A stretch of 64,000 bases of DNA from SAR92 clade bacterium (GCA_042091915.1 JBELGO010000001.1:28824-92823); one strand, 5' to 3'; counted from the first letter of the stretch, positions 22,088 to 35,558 are shown. Notes: generated by a model not told the origin, from the sequence alone. Numbers and translations: made by a program.

Positions 22088-23914
22088 TTAACGCGCCGGT
22101 GTGTACCAAATAGGCGAGCTGTAGGCGCGCTCTTGTATAGTTTCCGGTCGGCTGTCGGGGTGCTGTTTTTGCAGCGCAACAAAGTCGTAAAGCGTGTGCC
22201 GGGGTGTCGGTATTTCAAGTACGCGGGCGTAGTAGAAGGCGCGCTGCTGGGGATTGAAATCGGGATCCTGCCAAAAAGCGGATAGTTGTGCGGCGCCAAT
22301 AGAATTAGTATAGGTAGCATTATCGCTATCTACCGTACTGCCGACTGCAGGCCAGCTGCCATCGGGATTTTGCTCGCGCCCAGGCGACAGGGCTACATCA
22401 AAGACCTGCTCTTGGGGCTCACCGCGACTGTTGAGCCAACCCTTGACGATTTGAATACGGTCTAGGTTGGCACCGTTCGGGTCACGTGCAGCCAATACGG
22501 TAAAGCGAGGTGTACGGCCGTTTGCAGCAGTTAAATCTCCGCCCATCGGTACACCCTTGCGGCGCGCTTGCTCAGCTTGATCTGCAGCCGTCAGCTCCCA
22601 TCCGGCAAAGAATTGCAGGGCTATACGGGTGCCGGTAGTGGCATAAACCTCTTTGCGCTGAAAGGCATCGAGTATCGAAGAGCGGCTGTTCTCACCTGCC
22701 CAGACAGCGGTTAGGCCAGATGCGGAATAGTCCCAACCGAGCGGGCCATCATCGCCTATACGGCGAGTGAATTTGCTCTCTGGGGTGCCGTCGTAGGCCA
22801 TTTTGCCGTGAAAGTTGTTTTCTTCGGCAGAGGGTAGACTGGTGTGGGCGTCGGTTGAGCCAATCATGCCAAATTTATACGGGTTAATACCGAGCTGCTC
22901 TTCCAGTTGTAAACCGCGCAATAGGGCGGGGCGCGCATAGGCACCAACCTCGATCGGTGCCACATGGTTGGTCTCGGGGCGTGTATCGATTAGAAAACGA
23001 TAGCGCTCAAAATCAGCAAACTCATCATTGGGAGAAAGTTGGGGGTGTGTCTCCGAATCACCTTTAATCTGTGTAACCTCGGCAATCGGCTCCCAGCGCG
23101 CCCGCAAAGAAGCGTATTCGGCGCTGATATCGGCACCGTCACTATCGACACTGTCGAACATCTGCCCTTTAGAGATATTCATATTGTGGGGAATAGAGAC
23201 AAAGCGCGCATTGTACTGCTGTGAGGTCTGCTCCAACCAGGCCCAAAGATCTTCTGGTCGCTGTGAATCGAGCGAGCTAAAAGGCAGGTAATTTGAAGCG
23301 TTAGCGCGATCACCATCGGTGACAATAATGCGGTGCAAATTGGCTCCATCTGGGGTGGACGACCACTCCCAACCAATAAAGGCAGTAAACACCCCCGGTT
23401 GGTTGTGGCGGTCGGCGGCGTTGAGCATATCTTGCCAGGGGGATTGACGTATAGCCGGTCGGTTGAGCTCGCCTATAAATGTACCACTGCCGCTATTTGC
23501 TTCAGCGACTAGACGGCTAAACACGGCTCCCGGTTTGCCTTCAGCTATTTTTTCACGCGCAAACTTGCCAAACTCGGTATTGGCAACCTTTTCATCGCCT
23601 GTGTACAAACACAGAGGGATACCCGTGATCTCGGCATGGTCTGAAACTACTAAAAAGTCTAAGGGTGTTTCAATCTGCACCCGGCCGCGGTGCATGGGGT
23701 GCAATACCGGCAAGCCCCTGGCATAGCGGTAAGCGGTATCGGGTGTGGTATCGCGATTGTTAAATAAGAAAGCGTCAAACGAATAACTGGTGTGCAGATG
23801 AGTGTCACCCCATAACAGCGTCGGTGCCGTTGGCTCCGCAACAGTGGTTAAAGTAGTGGCGCCCAAAGCTAACATCAAAGCTTGGCCTCTTATTAATTCG
23901 ATATTAAACCCCAT
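22088..23914 (-). CDS. DUF3604-family exported protein (PHP-like metal-binding fold)
   Basis: WGDTHLHTSYSFDA, LDFLVVSDHAE, IGSTDAH, QERAYSSPIWY; hydrophobic N-terminus. Confidence 0.85.
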   Translation of the reverse strand: MGFNIELIRGQALMLALGATTLTTVAEPTAPTLLWGDTHLHTSYSFDAFLFNNRDTTPDTAYRYARGLPVLHPMHRGRVQIETPLDFLVVSDHAEITGIPLCLYTGDEKVANTEFGKFAREKIAEGKPGAVFSRLVAEANSGSGTFIGELNRPAIRQSPWQDMLNAADRHNQPGVFTAFIGWEWSSTPDGANLHRIIVTDGDRANASNYLPFSSLDSQRPEDLWAWLEQTSQQYNARFVSIPHNMNISKGQMFDSVDSDGADISAEYASLRARWEPIAEVTQIKGDSETHPQLSPNDEFADFERYRFLIDTRPETNHVAPIEVGAYARPALLRGLQLEEQLGINPYKFGMIGSTDAHTSLPSAEENNFHGKMAYDGTPESKFTRRIGDDGPLGWDYSASGLTAVWAGENSRSSILDAFQRKEVYATTGTRIALQFFAGWELTAADQAEQARRKGVPMGGDLTAANGRTPRFTVLAARDPNGANLDRIQIVKGWLNSRGEPQEQVFDVALSPGREQNPDGSWPAVGSTVDSDNATYTNSIGAAQLSAFWQDPDFNPQQRAFYYARVLEIPTPRHTLYDFVALQKQHPDSRPETIQERAYSSPIWYTPAR

Positions 23915-24004
23915 CCTACAATCCTCTATCTTTTAATTGTTGTCTAAGTTTACTGCCTCTATCAAGCGCTAGCAGCCTTTATTAAACCTTTTTTTACTGG
24001 CCGA

Positions 24005-24773
24005 CTAGGGCGAAGCTGCTGCCTTTTCTTTAGCCCCCAATCGACAGGGGCGGCCGTTGAGCTTGCCGCTAATCGGGGCAAAATTATCCTCAATAACTGG
24101 CCCATGTAGTTCTAACCGCAACGCACTGCGTTCTCTGTTGTGCTCCAGTATTCGATGATAAAGGTTCTCTTTTCCAGTTAATACCGGCTGACATTCGCCC
24201 ATTTTCTCTTCAAGCGTATTTCGCACAGCCGGCTGTTTCGGCGCGGCAATTCGCAATGGGTGATGGCTTGTTCGCTCGCAGCGGTGCAAAAGGTCGATAT
24301 CTTGCATACCCATTGCCAACATCCCTTCGTCGTAACCACCCAAAGCAAAAAACAACGAACTCGGCAATCCAATACGGCCTGGTGCCATCACCTAATTGGC
24401 CGCTCCATTGATGAACTACTCGGTTGTCGTTGGCCGCCTGTTCGATGGCCTGAATATCGCTGGATTGAATAAAGTTGTCGGCATCCAAGTTAAACAAGTA
24501 GCTGCCCTTAGCAACGCGGTGTGCGAGATTTTTAGCCCGCGCACAGTTCCAGACTGGACGCCCTTAAAAACGCAGCTTGCCTTGGGCAATGGCATCGCCA
24601 AAGTACTGCCACACCCACTCGTCTAGACCATCGTTAGAGCCAAAATCAACTAACGTCAGCTCAATATTGGGGTGAGTAGATATCGCTGCAAGATTGTCCG
24701 GCAAGGATTGCCGTAACTGCCACAGACGGTTGCGGCAGGTAATACAAAAACTGATGGTTTGCAGCGGGTTCAT
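24005..24773 (-). pseudogene. Disrupted GT-A fold glycosyltransferase (GT2/GT7C-like)
   Basis: ISFCITCRNR...LVDFGSND, in-frame TAA at 24564-24566, then AKNLAHR..NLDAD in the same frame, then a frameshift near 24380 into GRIGLP..LGGYDE..QDIDL. Confidence 0.8.
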
Positions 24774-24898
24774 TCTTTTTTGTAATCCTTGTCGAGCAGA
24801 CCTTGCGCTTGCAACGTTTTAATCAACTTTTCCACGCGAACAAGGGCCACCAAACCCAACATGCCAAAGACGAAACCCAGAACCGCTAATCCTTCCAT
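24770..24898 (-). CDS. Small 42-aa single-pass membrane protein (below ORF-track cutoff)
   Basis: MEGLAVLGFVFGMLGLVALVRVEKLIKTLQAQGLLDKDYKKE*; GGGAGA RBS; stop overlaps the next ATG (ATGA). Confidence 0.72.
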   Translation of the reverse strand: MEGLAVLGFVFGMLGLVALVRVEKLIKTLQAQGLLDKDYKKE

Positions 24899-24928
24899 GA
24901 TTAATTCTCCCTTCTGCAATGATGGTGC

Positions 24929-26758
24929 TTATTCCACGGTGACTGATTTGGCCAAATTGCGCGGTTGGTCAACATCGGTCCCTTTGAGCACTGCGACATG
25001 GTAGGAGAGCAGTTGCAGCGGCAAAGTGTAGAGAATCGCCTCGAGGCTCTGCGGCACGTGCGGCATGGCGATGACGGTGATGCCGGGCTCACTGGTGAAA
25101 CCTGCATCGCGGTCGGCAAATACGTAAAGCTGACCGCCGCGGGCCCGCACCTCATGAAGATTTGATTTGAGCTTTTCGAGTAATTCGTTGTTCGGCGCTA
25201 CCGCCACAACCGGCATCTGTTCATCAACCAGCGCCAACGGGCCGTGCTTGAGCTCGCCGGCTGGGTAGGCTTCAGCGTGGATGTATGAGATCTCTTTGAG
25301 TTTGAGCGCACCCTCCTGGGCGATCGGGTACTGTTCGCCGCGGCCCAGAAACAGGGCGTGGTTTTTATCGGCAAAGTGCTCGGCAACCACCGCGATCTCA
25401 GCATCCAAGGCCAAGACTGCCGCCACCAATTCCGGTAGCTGGTGTAGCGCCTCTACCCACTGCTGCTCAACCACAGCGGACAAACCCCGCGCGCGGCCGA
25501 TCGACAGCGCCACCAGCTGAAGCGCCACCAACTGTGTAGTAAACGCTTTGGTAGAGGCGACGCCAATCTCGGGGCCAGCGTGGGTCATCAAGGCAATATC
25601 AGACTCGCGCACCAGCGAGCTATTGGCGACATTGCAAATTGCCAAGAAGCCTAAGTAACCGGCACTGCGCGCTTTGCGCAGGGCAGCGAGTGTATCGGCG
25701 GTCTCACCCGATTGGGAGATGGTGATAAAAAGTGTCTCTGCAGGCACTGCTACCTCACGGTAACGGTACTCCGATGCTACCTCCACCTGGCAAGGCAGAC
25801 CAGCTAACTGCTCCAGCCAATATTTAGCGACCATGCCGGAGTGGTAACTGGTACCGCAGGCGATGATATGAATCTGTGCAGCCGCCTTAAACAGCTCCTC
25901 TGCACGATGTCCAAATGCGGCTGTCAACACAGCGTCTCGACTCAGGCGACCCTGCAGTGTTTGACTGATGACGTTGCTCTGCTCAAAAATCTCTTTGAGC
26001 ATAAAGTGCCGGTAACCTGTTTTATCAGCTTGTGCATCTTTTTCACTCAGCTGCACAATAGTGCGCTCTACGCGTTCACCCGATTTGCTGTTGAATAACT
26101 CAAAATTTGTGCCCTTGATGCAGACCAGATCCCCCTCTTCGAGGAAAACTACACGGTCGGTAACCTGGCGCAACGCCATTTGATCGGAGGCGACAAACAG
26201 TTCGCCTATACCCACACCGAGCACCAGTGGGCTGCCGCTACGTGTGGCGACGAGCTGCTCGGGCGCATTGGCGTCGATCACCGCCAAGGCGTAAGCACCC
26301 TCGAGGAGCGGCAGGACCGCTTGCACTGCATCCAACAAGCTAGGGCTTTTTTTACTTTGCCTGTGTAGTAAGTGAGCGACCACTTCGGTATCGGTCTGAG
26401 AGTGAAACTGGTAGCCTGCGCTAATCAATTCACTGCGCAGTACCTCATGATTTTCAATAATTCCGTTGTGCACCACCGAGAGCGTACCGGAGTTATGCGG
26501 GTGCGAGTTGGCGTTACTCGGCTCACCGTGGGTCGCCCAACGGGTGTGAGCAATGCCTACGTGGCCATCGGCTGGATCGGCTGCGGCGGCCTGTTCTAGC
26601 TCGACCACTTTACCGGCCGCCTTGCGCGTCTGTAGCCCCCCCTCTGATACGACCGAGTAACCGGCCGAGTCGTAACCGCGATACTCCAATCGTCGCAGCC
26701 CTTCAATTAAAATGGGGTAAACATTTCGCTGCGCAACTGCACCTACAATCCCACACAT
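24929..26758 (-). CDS. glmS: Glutamine--fructose-6-phosphate aminotransferase
   Basis: MCGIVG start, HTRWATHG, PRNLAKSVTVE end. Confidence 0.99.
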   Translation of the reverse strand: MCGIVGAVAQRNVYPILIEGLRRLEYRGYDSAGYSVVSEGGLQTRKAAGKVVELEQAAAADPADGHVGIAHTRWATHGEPSNANSHPHNSGTLSVVHNGIIENHEVLRSELISAGYQFHSQTDTEVVAHLLHRQSKKSPSLLDAVQAVLPLLEGAYALAVIDANAPEQLVATRSGSPLVLGVGIGELFVASDQMALRQVTDRVVFLEEGDLVCIKGTNFELFNSKSGERVERTIVQLSEKDAQADKTGYRHFMLKEIFEQSNVISQTLQGRLSRDAVLTAAFGHRAEELFKAAAQIHIIACGTSYHSGMVAKYWLEQLAGLPCQVEVASEYRYREVAVPAETLFITISQSGETADTLAALRKARSAGYLGFLAICNVANSSLVRESDIALMTHAGPEIGVASTKAFTTQLVALQLVALSIGRARGLSAVVEQQWVEALHQLPELVAAVLALDAEIAVVAEHFADKNHALFLGRGEQYPIAQEGALKLKEISYIHAEAYPAGELKHGPLALVDEQMPVVAVAPNNELLEKLKSNLHEVRARGGQLYVFADRDAGFTSEPGITVIAMPHVPQSLEAILYTLPLQLLSYHVAVLKGTDVDQPRNLAKSVTVE

Positions 26759-26771
26759 AATCGTTAATCCT

Positions 26772-28139
26772 TTACTGTTTTATCGGCTTCTTCCAGCCGG
26801 GGACTGTCATCTGTTTGGCGCGGGTCAGCGCCAGTTTATCGGCGTCCACGTTGCGCGCTATAGTCGAGCCGGCACCGACAGTGGCGCCCGCACCTATGCT
26901 GACCGGGGCGACTAACGCGCTGTTGGAGCCAATAAATGCTCCGTCGCCAATCACGGTTTGGTGTTTATTGACACCATCGTAGTTGCAGGTAATCGTCCCT
27001 GCGCCAACGTTGACACCGCTGCCCAATATCGCATCACCGACATAACTGAGGTGGTTGATTTTACTGCCACTGCCGAGTGCGGCTTTTTTAGTTTCAACAA
27101 AATTACCAATCTTACAACCGTCTGCCAACTGGGTACCGGGGCGCAGACGGGCAAACGGGCCGACTACAGAGTCTGCACCGATCTCGCTCTGCTCAACAAT
27201 CGTATGGCTTTTAAGTGTGACATTGTCGCCAATCACAGCATCGATTAAATGGCAGTGCGGCCCTATCACCACATTGTTACCAATCTGGTTGTCACCCTCT
27301 AGCAGCACATTAATATCGATAAACACATCTTCGCCAACAGTGACTGTGCCGCGCAGATCAAAACGATCTGGATCGGCCAATGTTGCCCCCGCTTCTAGTA
27401 ACAAGCCAGCTTGGCGGCGCTGATAAATACGCTCTAACTGTGCCAGTTGGGTTCGGTCATTTACCCCTTCAACTTCGCTGGCAGTTTTGGGTTGGGTGAC
27501 GGCAATGGATATTCCGCTAGCTACGGCCAGCTCAATTAAATCGGTCAGATAGTATTCGCCTTGGGCGTTGTCGCAGCCAATGCGCGGGAGCAGTTGGCGC
27601 AAATGTGTCGCCTCAATAGCCAGCACGCCGGTGTTGACCTCACTAATATTGCGCTGCTCGGCTGTCGCATCTTTATGTTCGACAATACCGGTTACCGACG
27701 CTGCATCATCGCGCAATATGCGCCCATAGCCATCCGGGTGTTGCAGAGAAACCGTTAGCAGCGCCATCTGTGCGCTGTTTACTTGGGCCACTAATCTGCG
27801 CAAGGTATCAGCTTCTATCAACGGGACATCGCCGTACAGCACTAATACCACACTCTCTTCTCGCAACTGGTCCAGCGCCGTTGCAACCGCATCGGCGGTG
27901 CCGCGCTGTTGCTGCTGTCGGGCAAAATTCACCGAATAATCGGCCAGAGCGGCCTCTAATTGTTCAGCGCCGTGGCCGCTTACAACAACGGTGTTGGTAT
28001 TTTCGAACCCCTCTACAGCGGCAAGCACATGCTCGATCAGCGGCCTTCCCGCGAGGGTGTGCAGGACCTTCGGTTTAGCTGAACGCATGCGGCTGCCGCG
28101 GCCTGCGGCCAGCACGACAATATCGATTGCTCTACTCAT
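26772..28139 (-). CDS. glmU: Bifunctional UDP-GlcNAc pyrophosphorylase/acetyltransferase
   Basis: LAAGRGSRM, GEYYLTD, hexapeptide repeats, CNYDG. Confidence 0.98.
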   Translation of the reverse strand: MSRAIDIVVLAAGRGSRMRSAKPKVLHTLAGRPLIEHVLAAVEGFENTNTVVVSGHGAEQLEAALADYSVNFARQQQQRGTADAVATALDQLREESVVLVLYGDVPLIEADTLRRLVAQVNSAQMALLTVSLQHPDGYGRILRDDAASVTGIVEHKDATAEQRNISEVNTGVLAIEATHLRQLLPRIGCDNAQGEYYLTDLIELAVASGISIAVTQPKTASEVEGVNDRTQLAQLERIYQRRQAGLLLEAGATLADPDRFDLRGTVTVGEDVFIDINVLLEGDNQIGNNVVIGPHCHLIDAVIGDNVTLKSHTIVEQSEIGADSVVGPFARLRPGTQLADGCKIGNFVETKKAALGSGSKINHLSYVGDAILGSGVNVGAGTITCNYDGVNKHQTVIGDGAFIGSNSALVAPVSIGAGATVGAGSTIARNVDADKLALTRAKQMTVPGWKKPIKQ

Positions 28140-28251
28140 CGGTTTTTGAGATCCTTTGGTGGCTCTTTTTATAGTGGCACTATTTTAGCTCAAACTGAGG
28201 CGCGGCCATAATGTCGTTAACACACAATCTGATAATGCTGCGCCTTTTTTA

Positions 28252-28584
28252 ATGCGACTTTTTTCTTATGGAACCCTGCAACTGCCACAGGTGCAGCTGG
28301 AGACCTTCGGGCGGTTGTTGAAAGGTGAACCTGCAAGTCTGCCAGGGTATTGTGTGGATACCATTGAGATCCTCGATGCCGCAGTTGTGGAAACCAGTGG
28401 TAAGCGATACCACCCTATCTTACAGCGTTCACCTCATTCTGCGCAGCCGGTTACCGGCACCGTCTTTGAGCTTACTCCAGCAGAGCTGGTGGCCGCAGAT
28501 AGCAATGAGGTAGATGCCTATCACCGTGTTGAGGCAGTGCTTGCCGATGGCTCGAGTTGTTGGATTTACGCGGCAGCCGATTGA
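28252..28584 (+). CDS. Gamma-glutamylcyclotransferase (AIG2-like) family protein
   Basis: LFSYGTLQ N-terminal motif; ELVAADSNEVDAYHRV. Confidence 0.85.
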   Translation: MRLFSYGTLQLPQVQLETFGRLLKGEPASLPGYCVDTIEILDAAVVETSGKRYHPILQRSPHSAQPVTGTVFELTPAELVAADSNEVDAYHRVEAVLADGSSCWIYAAAD

Positions 28585-28599
28585 CCTCTCCCTAAAAAG

Positions 28600-28627
28600 C
28601 AAAAAGCAGCCTTGCGGCTGCTTTTTG
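28600..28627. terminator. Bidirectional intrinsic terminator ending the atp operon
   Basis: CAAAAAGCAGCC-ttgc-GGCTGCTTTTTG. Confidence 0.88.
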
Positions 28628-28648
28628 TTATGCGATTGTCAACAGTGA

Positions 28649-29074
28649 TCAACCGCCGAGTTTTTTGCGCAACTGCTGAACGGTGCGCAGTTGAGCTGCT
28701 GCTTCTGCCAGCATAGAGGCCGCTTTCGAGTACTCAATTTCACCACTCTGATTGTGCAGCGCCTGTTCAGCCGACTTAACAGCTTCAGCTGCGGCAGCCT
28801 CATCAATGTCGCCAGCGCGAACCGCACTGTCAGCCAGTATAGAGACTGTGTCTGGTTGAACTTCTAAATAACCACCTGAGAGATAGTAAATCTCCTCGTC
28901 GCCGCCCTGCTTGAGTAAACGTACAGGGCCAGGCTTCAAGTAACTGAGCAGCGGGGCGTGGCCAGGTGTAATACCCAGCTCACCCATAGAGCCCGTTGCT
29001 ACAACCATCTCTACAAGACCGCTGAACAGGGACTCATCGGCGCTAACAATGTCACAATGCACTGTGATTGCCAT
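28649..29074 (-). CDS. atpC: ATP synthase epsilon subunit
   Basis: [12 protein letters not shown]; operon position. Confidence 0.97.
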   Translation of the reverse strand: MAITVHCDIVSADESLFSGLVEMVVATGSMGELGITPGHAPLLSYLKPGPVRLLKQGGDEEIYYLSGGYLEVQPDTVSILADSAVRAGDIDEAAAAEAVKSAEQALHNQSGEIEYSKAASMLAEAAAQLRTVQQLRKKLGG

Positions 29075-29095
29075 AGTATTTGCCTTTAGTGTCGA

Positions 29096-30511
<1,416 letters not shown>

Positions 30512-30560
30512 TTAACTCAAACTGTTAGTTCAGTCTTTGGGTTAGGTTTTTATCTTAAAT

Positions 30561-31424
30561 TCAAACGGCTGCTGCGCCGCTAACAATCTCTGACAACTCT
30601 TGGGTAATTGCTGCTTGGCGCGCTTTGTTATAAAGCAGTTGTAACTCATCAATGATGTCGCCAGCATTTTCTGTTGCGTTCTTCATTGCCAACATACGCG
30701 CAGCTTGTTCACACGCTTTGTTCTCAACCACGCCTTGGTAAACCTGTGACTCGATATAGCGGACTAACAGGCCGTCAAGCAACTCTTGAGCGTCTGGCTC
30801 GTAGAGATAATCCCAACCGACTGTACCTTCCTGCTTCTCTTTTAACGCTTCAAGCGGTAGAAGCTGCTGGACCGTAGGCTTCTGGGTCATGGTGTTGACA
30901 AATTCGTTGTTGACCACGTAGAGGCGATCAATAGTGCCGCTTTCAAAAGCGTCCAACATCACCTTTACGCCACCGATGAAATCCGCAGCGACCGGCTCAT
31001 CTCCAAGCTCCTTGATCGCCGCCACGACGTTGCCGCCTACGCTGCCAAAGAACGCCGAAGCTTTGTTGCCGACTACACAAATATCGATATCAACATCTTG
31101 CTGGGACCACTCTTGCATCGACTTGAGGGTGGCTTTAAACAAATTAATGTTTAAACCGCCACACAGACCGCGATCAGTGGAGACCACAATGTAGCCAACA
31201 CGCTTAACTGCGCGATCTTCCATATAAGCGTGGCGATACTCCGGCGTTGCCGCCGCTATATTGCCAACTACCGCACGAATACGTTGTGCGTAGGGTTTGC
31301 CGAGCTGCATGCGCTCTTGAGCGCGACGCATTTTACTCGCAGCGACCATTTCCATTGCACTAGTAATTTTCTGAGTGCTTTGGATACTGACGATTTTAGT
31401 TCTAACTTCTTTTCCGACTGCCAT
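30561..31424 (-). CDS. atpG: ATP synthase gamma subunit
   Basis: [19 protein letters not shown]. Confidence 0.98.
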   Translation of the reverse strand: MAVGKEVRTKIVSIQSTQKITSAMEMVAASKMRRAQERMQLGKPYAQRIRAVVGNIAAATPEYRHAYMEDRAVKRVGYIVVSTDRGLCGGLNINLFKATLKSMQEWSQQDVDIDICVVGNKASAFFGSVGGNVVAAIKELGDEPVAADFIGGVKVMLDAFESGTIDRLYVVNNEFVNTMTQKPTVQQLLPLEALKEKQEGTVGWDYLYEPDAQELLDGLLVRYIESQVYQGVVENKACEQAARMLAMKNATENAGDIIDELQLLYNKARQAAITQELSEIVSGAAAV

Positions 31425-31496
31425 CTTATTGCCTGCTTGAGTCGTTGTGACGCGCCCGCAGGCGCGACAAAGTTAACGATACTTACGCTATCTCAA

Positions 31497-33041
31497 TTAC
31501 CAGCTCTGTGTGCTGACGAAACGCTCGAGTGCCGCCTTGTAACTGGCTTCAATATCGCTGTTCCAATCGCCACTGGCGTTTACTTGATCAAGAAGATCAG
31601 CGTGCTCAGCTTTCACATAAGAGAGCAGGGCTGCCTCAAAGTCACCGATCTTGTTGACTTCAACTTCTTGCAGGAAGCCGTTATCGGCCGCGTAGATGGA
31701 CAGTGCCATTTCTGCAACGCTTTGTGGTGAGTATTGCTTCTGCTTCATCAACTCAGTAACGCGCTCACCGTGGTCGAGCTGCGCTTTGGTCGCTTCGTCG
31801 AGATCCGAGGCAAACTGAGAGAATGCTGCCAGTTCTCGGTACTGCGCGAGCGCAGTACGAATACCACCGGAGAGCTTCTTCATGATTTTAGTTTGAGCAG
31901 CACCACCTACACGCGATACCGAGACACCTGCGTTCATCGCTGGACGCACACCGGCGTTAAACATATCCGCTTCGAGGAAGATCTGGCCGTCGGTAATCGA
32001 AATAACGTTGGTCGGAACAAATGCGGAGACGTCACCGGCCTGTGTTTCAATCACGGGCAGAGCCGTCAGCGAACCGGTTTTGCCTTTAACTGCACCGTTG
32101 GTGAATTTTTCGACGTAGTCGGCATTCACTCGCGCGGCGCGCTCGAGGAGACGGGAGTGGAGATAGAAAACATCACCAGGGTATGCTTCACGGCCTGGAG
32201 GACGGCGCAGCAGCAAGGAGATTTGACGGTAAGCCCAAGCTTGCTTGGTCAAATCATCGTAAATGATCAGTGCGTCTTCACCGCGGTCGCGGTAGTACTC
32301 ACCAATGGTACAACCGGCAAACGGCGCCAAGAACTGCATAGAAGCTGGATCGGATGCAGTGGCTGCAACGACAACCGTGTGCTCCATGGCGCCGTGCTCT
32401 TCAAGCTTGCGCACTACAGCGGCAACCGAAGAGGCCTTTTGACCAACGGCGACGTAAACACACTTAATGCCAGAGCCTTTTTGGTTAATAATGGCGTCGA
32501 CAGCAATAGCGGTTTTACCGATTTGACGGTCACCAATGACCAGCTCTCGCTGCCCGCGACCAATTGGCACCATAGCATCAATTGCTTTCAGACCAATCTG
32601 AACGGGTTGGTCAACCGATTGACGAGCAATAACACCCGGTGCAACCTTTTCGACTGCATCTGTTTCAGTTGCGTTGATCGGGCCTTTGCCATCGATCGGG
32701 TTACCGAGCGCATCAACAACACGACCTTCGAGTGCAGGACCGACCGGCACTTCAAGGATACGGCCGGTGCACTTGGCTTTCTGGCCTTCAGCCAGGGCCT
32801 GGTAATCACCCAAAACAACGGCGCCGACAGAGTCGCGCTCGAGGTTAAGTGCCATACCGTAGATGCCGCCTTCAAACTCGATCATCTCACCGTACATCAC
32901 CTCGGCCAAGCCGTGGATCAAAATAATACCATCAGAAACGGAGACGATAGTGCCTTCGTTGCGGGCCTCGGTAGAAACTTCAAGTGCGTCGATACGCGAC
33001 TTGATAATTTCACTGATTTCAGAGGGATTTAGTTGCTGCAT
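31497..33041 (-). CDS. atpA: ATP synthase alpha subunit
   Basis: [19 protein letters not shown]. Confidence 0.99.
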   Translation of the reverse strand: MQQLNPSEISEIIKSRIDALEVSTEARNEGTIVSVSDGIILIHGLAEVMYGEMIEFEGGIYGMALNLERDSVGAVVLGDYQALAEGQKAKCTGRILEVPVGPALEGRVVDALGNPIDGKGPINATETDAVEKVAPGVIARQSVDQPVQIGLKAIDAMVPIGRGQRELVIGDRQIGKTAIAVDAIINQKGSGIKCVYVAVGQKASSVAAVVRKLEEHGAMEHTVVVAATASDPASMQFLAPFAGCTIGEYYRDRGEDALIIYDDLTKQAWAYRQISLLLRRPPGREAYPGDVFYLHSRLLERAARVNADYVEKFTNGAVKGKTGSLTALPVIETQAGDVSAFVPTNVISITDGQIFLEADMFNAGVRPAMNAGVSVSRVGGAAQTKIMKKLSGGIRTALAQYRELAAFSQFASDLDEATKAQLDHGERVTELMKQKQYSPQSVAEMALSIYAADNGFLQEVEVNKIGDFEAALLSYVKAEHADLLDQVNASGDWNSDIEASYKAALERFVSTQSW

Positions 33042-33057
33042 GCTTGTGCCTCAAATC

Positions 33058-33594
33058 CTAGCTATTTAATGATTCGGCGAGTTTTGCCAACCGGCCGCGA
33101 ATAGACCCGTCAATGACGGTATCTCCAGCGCGAATTAACGCACCACCCAACAGACCTGTATCTACAGAGGCCTGGAGGTTTACTTTACGTTCAAGCTTGG
33201 CGGTCAACGCCTCACTCAGTTTTTTCTGCTGTTCGGCGTCGAGCTCGACCGCGGAGATGACTTCTACATCGACCGCTTTCTCGCGCTGCGCTTTAAGCCC
33301 TTCAAATACCTCAGCGATGTTAGCCAACAACGGCAACCGACCATTCTCAGCCAAAACTGCAAAAAAGTTTTGCTGAGGCTGGGTCAGATCATCCCCACAC
33401 AGGGCGACCAGCGTTGACGCCTGCTGCTCCCCGGTGTAACTGGGAGAAGCCAGCATTTGAGCTACTGCCGGCTGTTGTACCACCGCAGCAGCTAACGCCA
33501 AATTTTGCGACCAACCCTGGAGCTGATCTGCGCCTGCCGCATATTCAAATGCCGCTCTGGCGTAAGGTCGAGCGAGTGTGCTCAATTCAGCCAT
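33058..33594 (-). CDS. atpH: ATP synthase delta subunit
   Basis: ARPYARAAF, VIDGSIRGRL. Confidence 0.97.
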   Translation of the reverse strand: MAELSTLARPYARAAFEYAAGADQLQGWSQNLALAAAVVQQPAVAQMLASPSYTGEQQASTLVALCGDDLTQPQQNFFAVLAENGRLPLLANIAEVFEGLKAQREKAVDVEVISAVELDAEQQKKLSEALTAKLERKVNLQASVDTGLLGGALIRAGDTVIDGSIRGRLAKLAESLNS

Positions 33595-33605
33595 AATAGA
33601 CTCCG

Positions 33606-34076
33606 TTAAAGCTGCGCTGCTAACTGGTCGACAAGCTCGCGATTTGCGCTCTCATCAATTGACGCACCGAGTACTTTTTCGGCACCGACTAACGCCAGCT
33701 TAGCCACCTGGCCGCGCAACTCTTCTTTAGCTCGAGCCACTTCTTGCTCAACCTCAGCTTGTGCGGCCGCAACAATGCGCTCGCCCTCAACTGTAGCCTG
33801 CTGCTTAGCTTCTTCTACGATTTGCGCAGCGCGTTTGTTGGCCTGCTCAAGTATCCCAGCAGATTGCTGCTTGGCTTGTTTGAGTTGGTGGGTCGCTTTA
33901 TCTTGCGCAAGCTCAAGATCGCGCATCGCGCGGTCAGCAGCGTCGAGACCTTCTGAAATTTTGGTCTGACGCTCATCCATGGCCGTTATGATCGCCGGCC
34001 AGACAAACTTCATACAAAACCAGACGAAGAACGCGAAGGTCAGCATCTGACCAAAGAGCGTTAAATTAATATTCAC
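33606..34076 (-). CDS. atpF: ATP synthase b subunit
   Basis: [21 protein letters not shown] followed by coiled coil. Confidence 0.97.
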   Translation of the reverse strand: MNINLTLFGQMLTFAFFVWFCMKFVWPAIITAMDERQTKISEGLDAADRAMRDLELAQDKATHQLKQAKQQSAGILEQANKRAAQIVEEAKQQATVEGERIVAAAQAEVEQEVARAKEELRGQVAKLALVGAEKVLGASIDESANRELVDQLAAQL

Positions 34077-34166
34077 GCCAATACCTCTTTATTTGCAGGT
34101 GGGTGCAATGTTTGCGTATAACTTCAGATGCGAGAGGGGTATGTACCCCTCTCTCACAACGATGTC

Positions 34167-34424
<258 letters not shown>

Positions 34425-34455
34425 TTAGTTTAGTGAATGAATTAAAGGGTAGAAC

Positions 34456-35532
<1,077 letters not shown>

Positions 35533-35558
35533 TCAAAGTGCAATTCTATCCAATGATA

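Noticed and set aside
24564-24566. Programmed read-through or selenocysteine at the in-frame stop of the glycosyltransferase
   Set aside because: The codon is TAA, not TGA, and a second frameshift lesion follows
24890-24965. Tn7 insertion at the attTn7 site downstream of glmS
   Set aside because: The TnsD-type target (glmS 3' end) is present, but there is no TGT-starting end, repeated TnsB sites, target duplication or tns gene; the sequence runs straight into an RBS and small ORF
31734-33032. 432-aa plus-strand ORF antisense to atpA (likewise 17641-18339, 47382-48050, 54461-55150)
   Set aside because: Shadow ORFs mirroring conserved genes with biased codon usage; no recognisable motifs
31445-34155. 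Hairpins in the atpA-atpG (31445-31470) and atpE-atpF (34132-34154) spacers
   Set aside because: Single, unrelated stem-loops without U-tracts, consistent with ordinary atp mRNA stability elements rather than a repeat family
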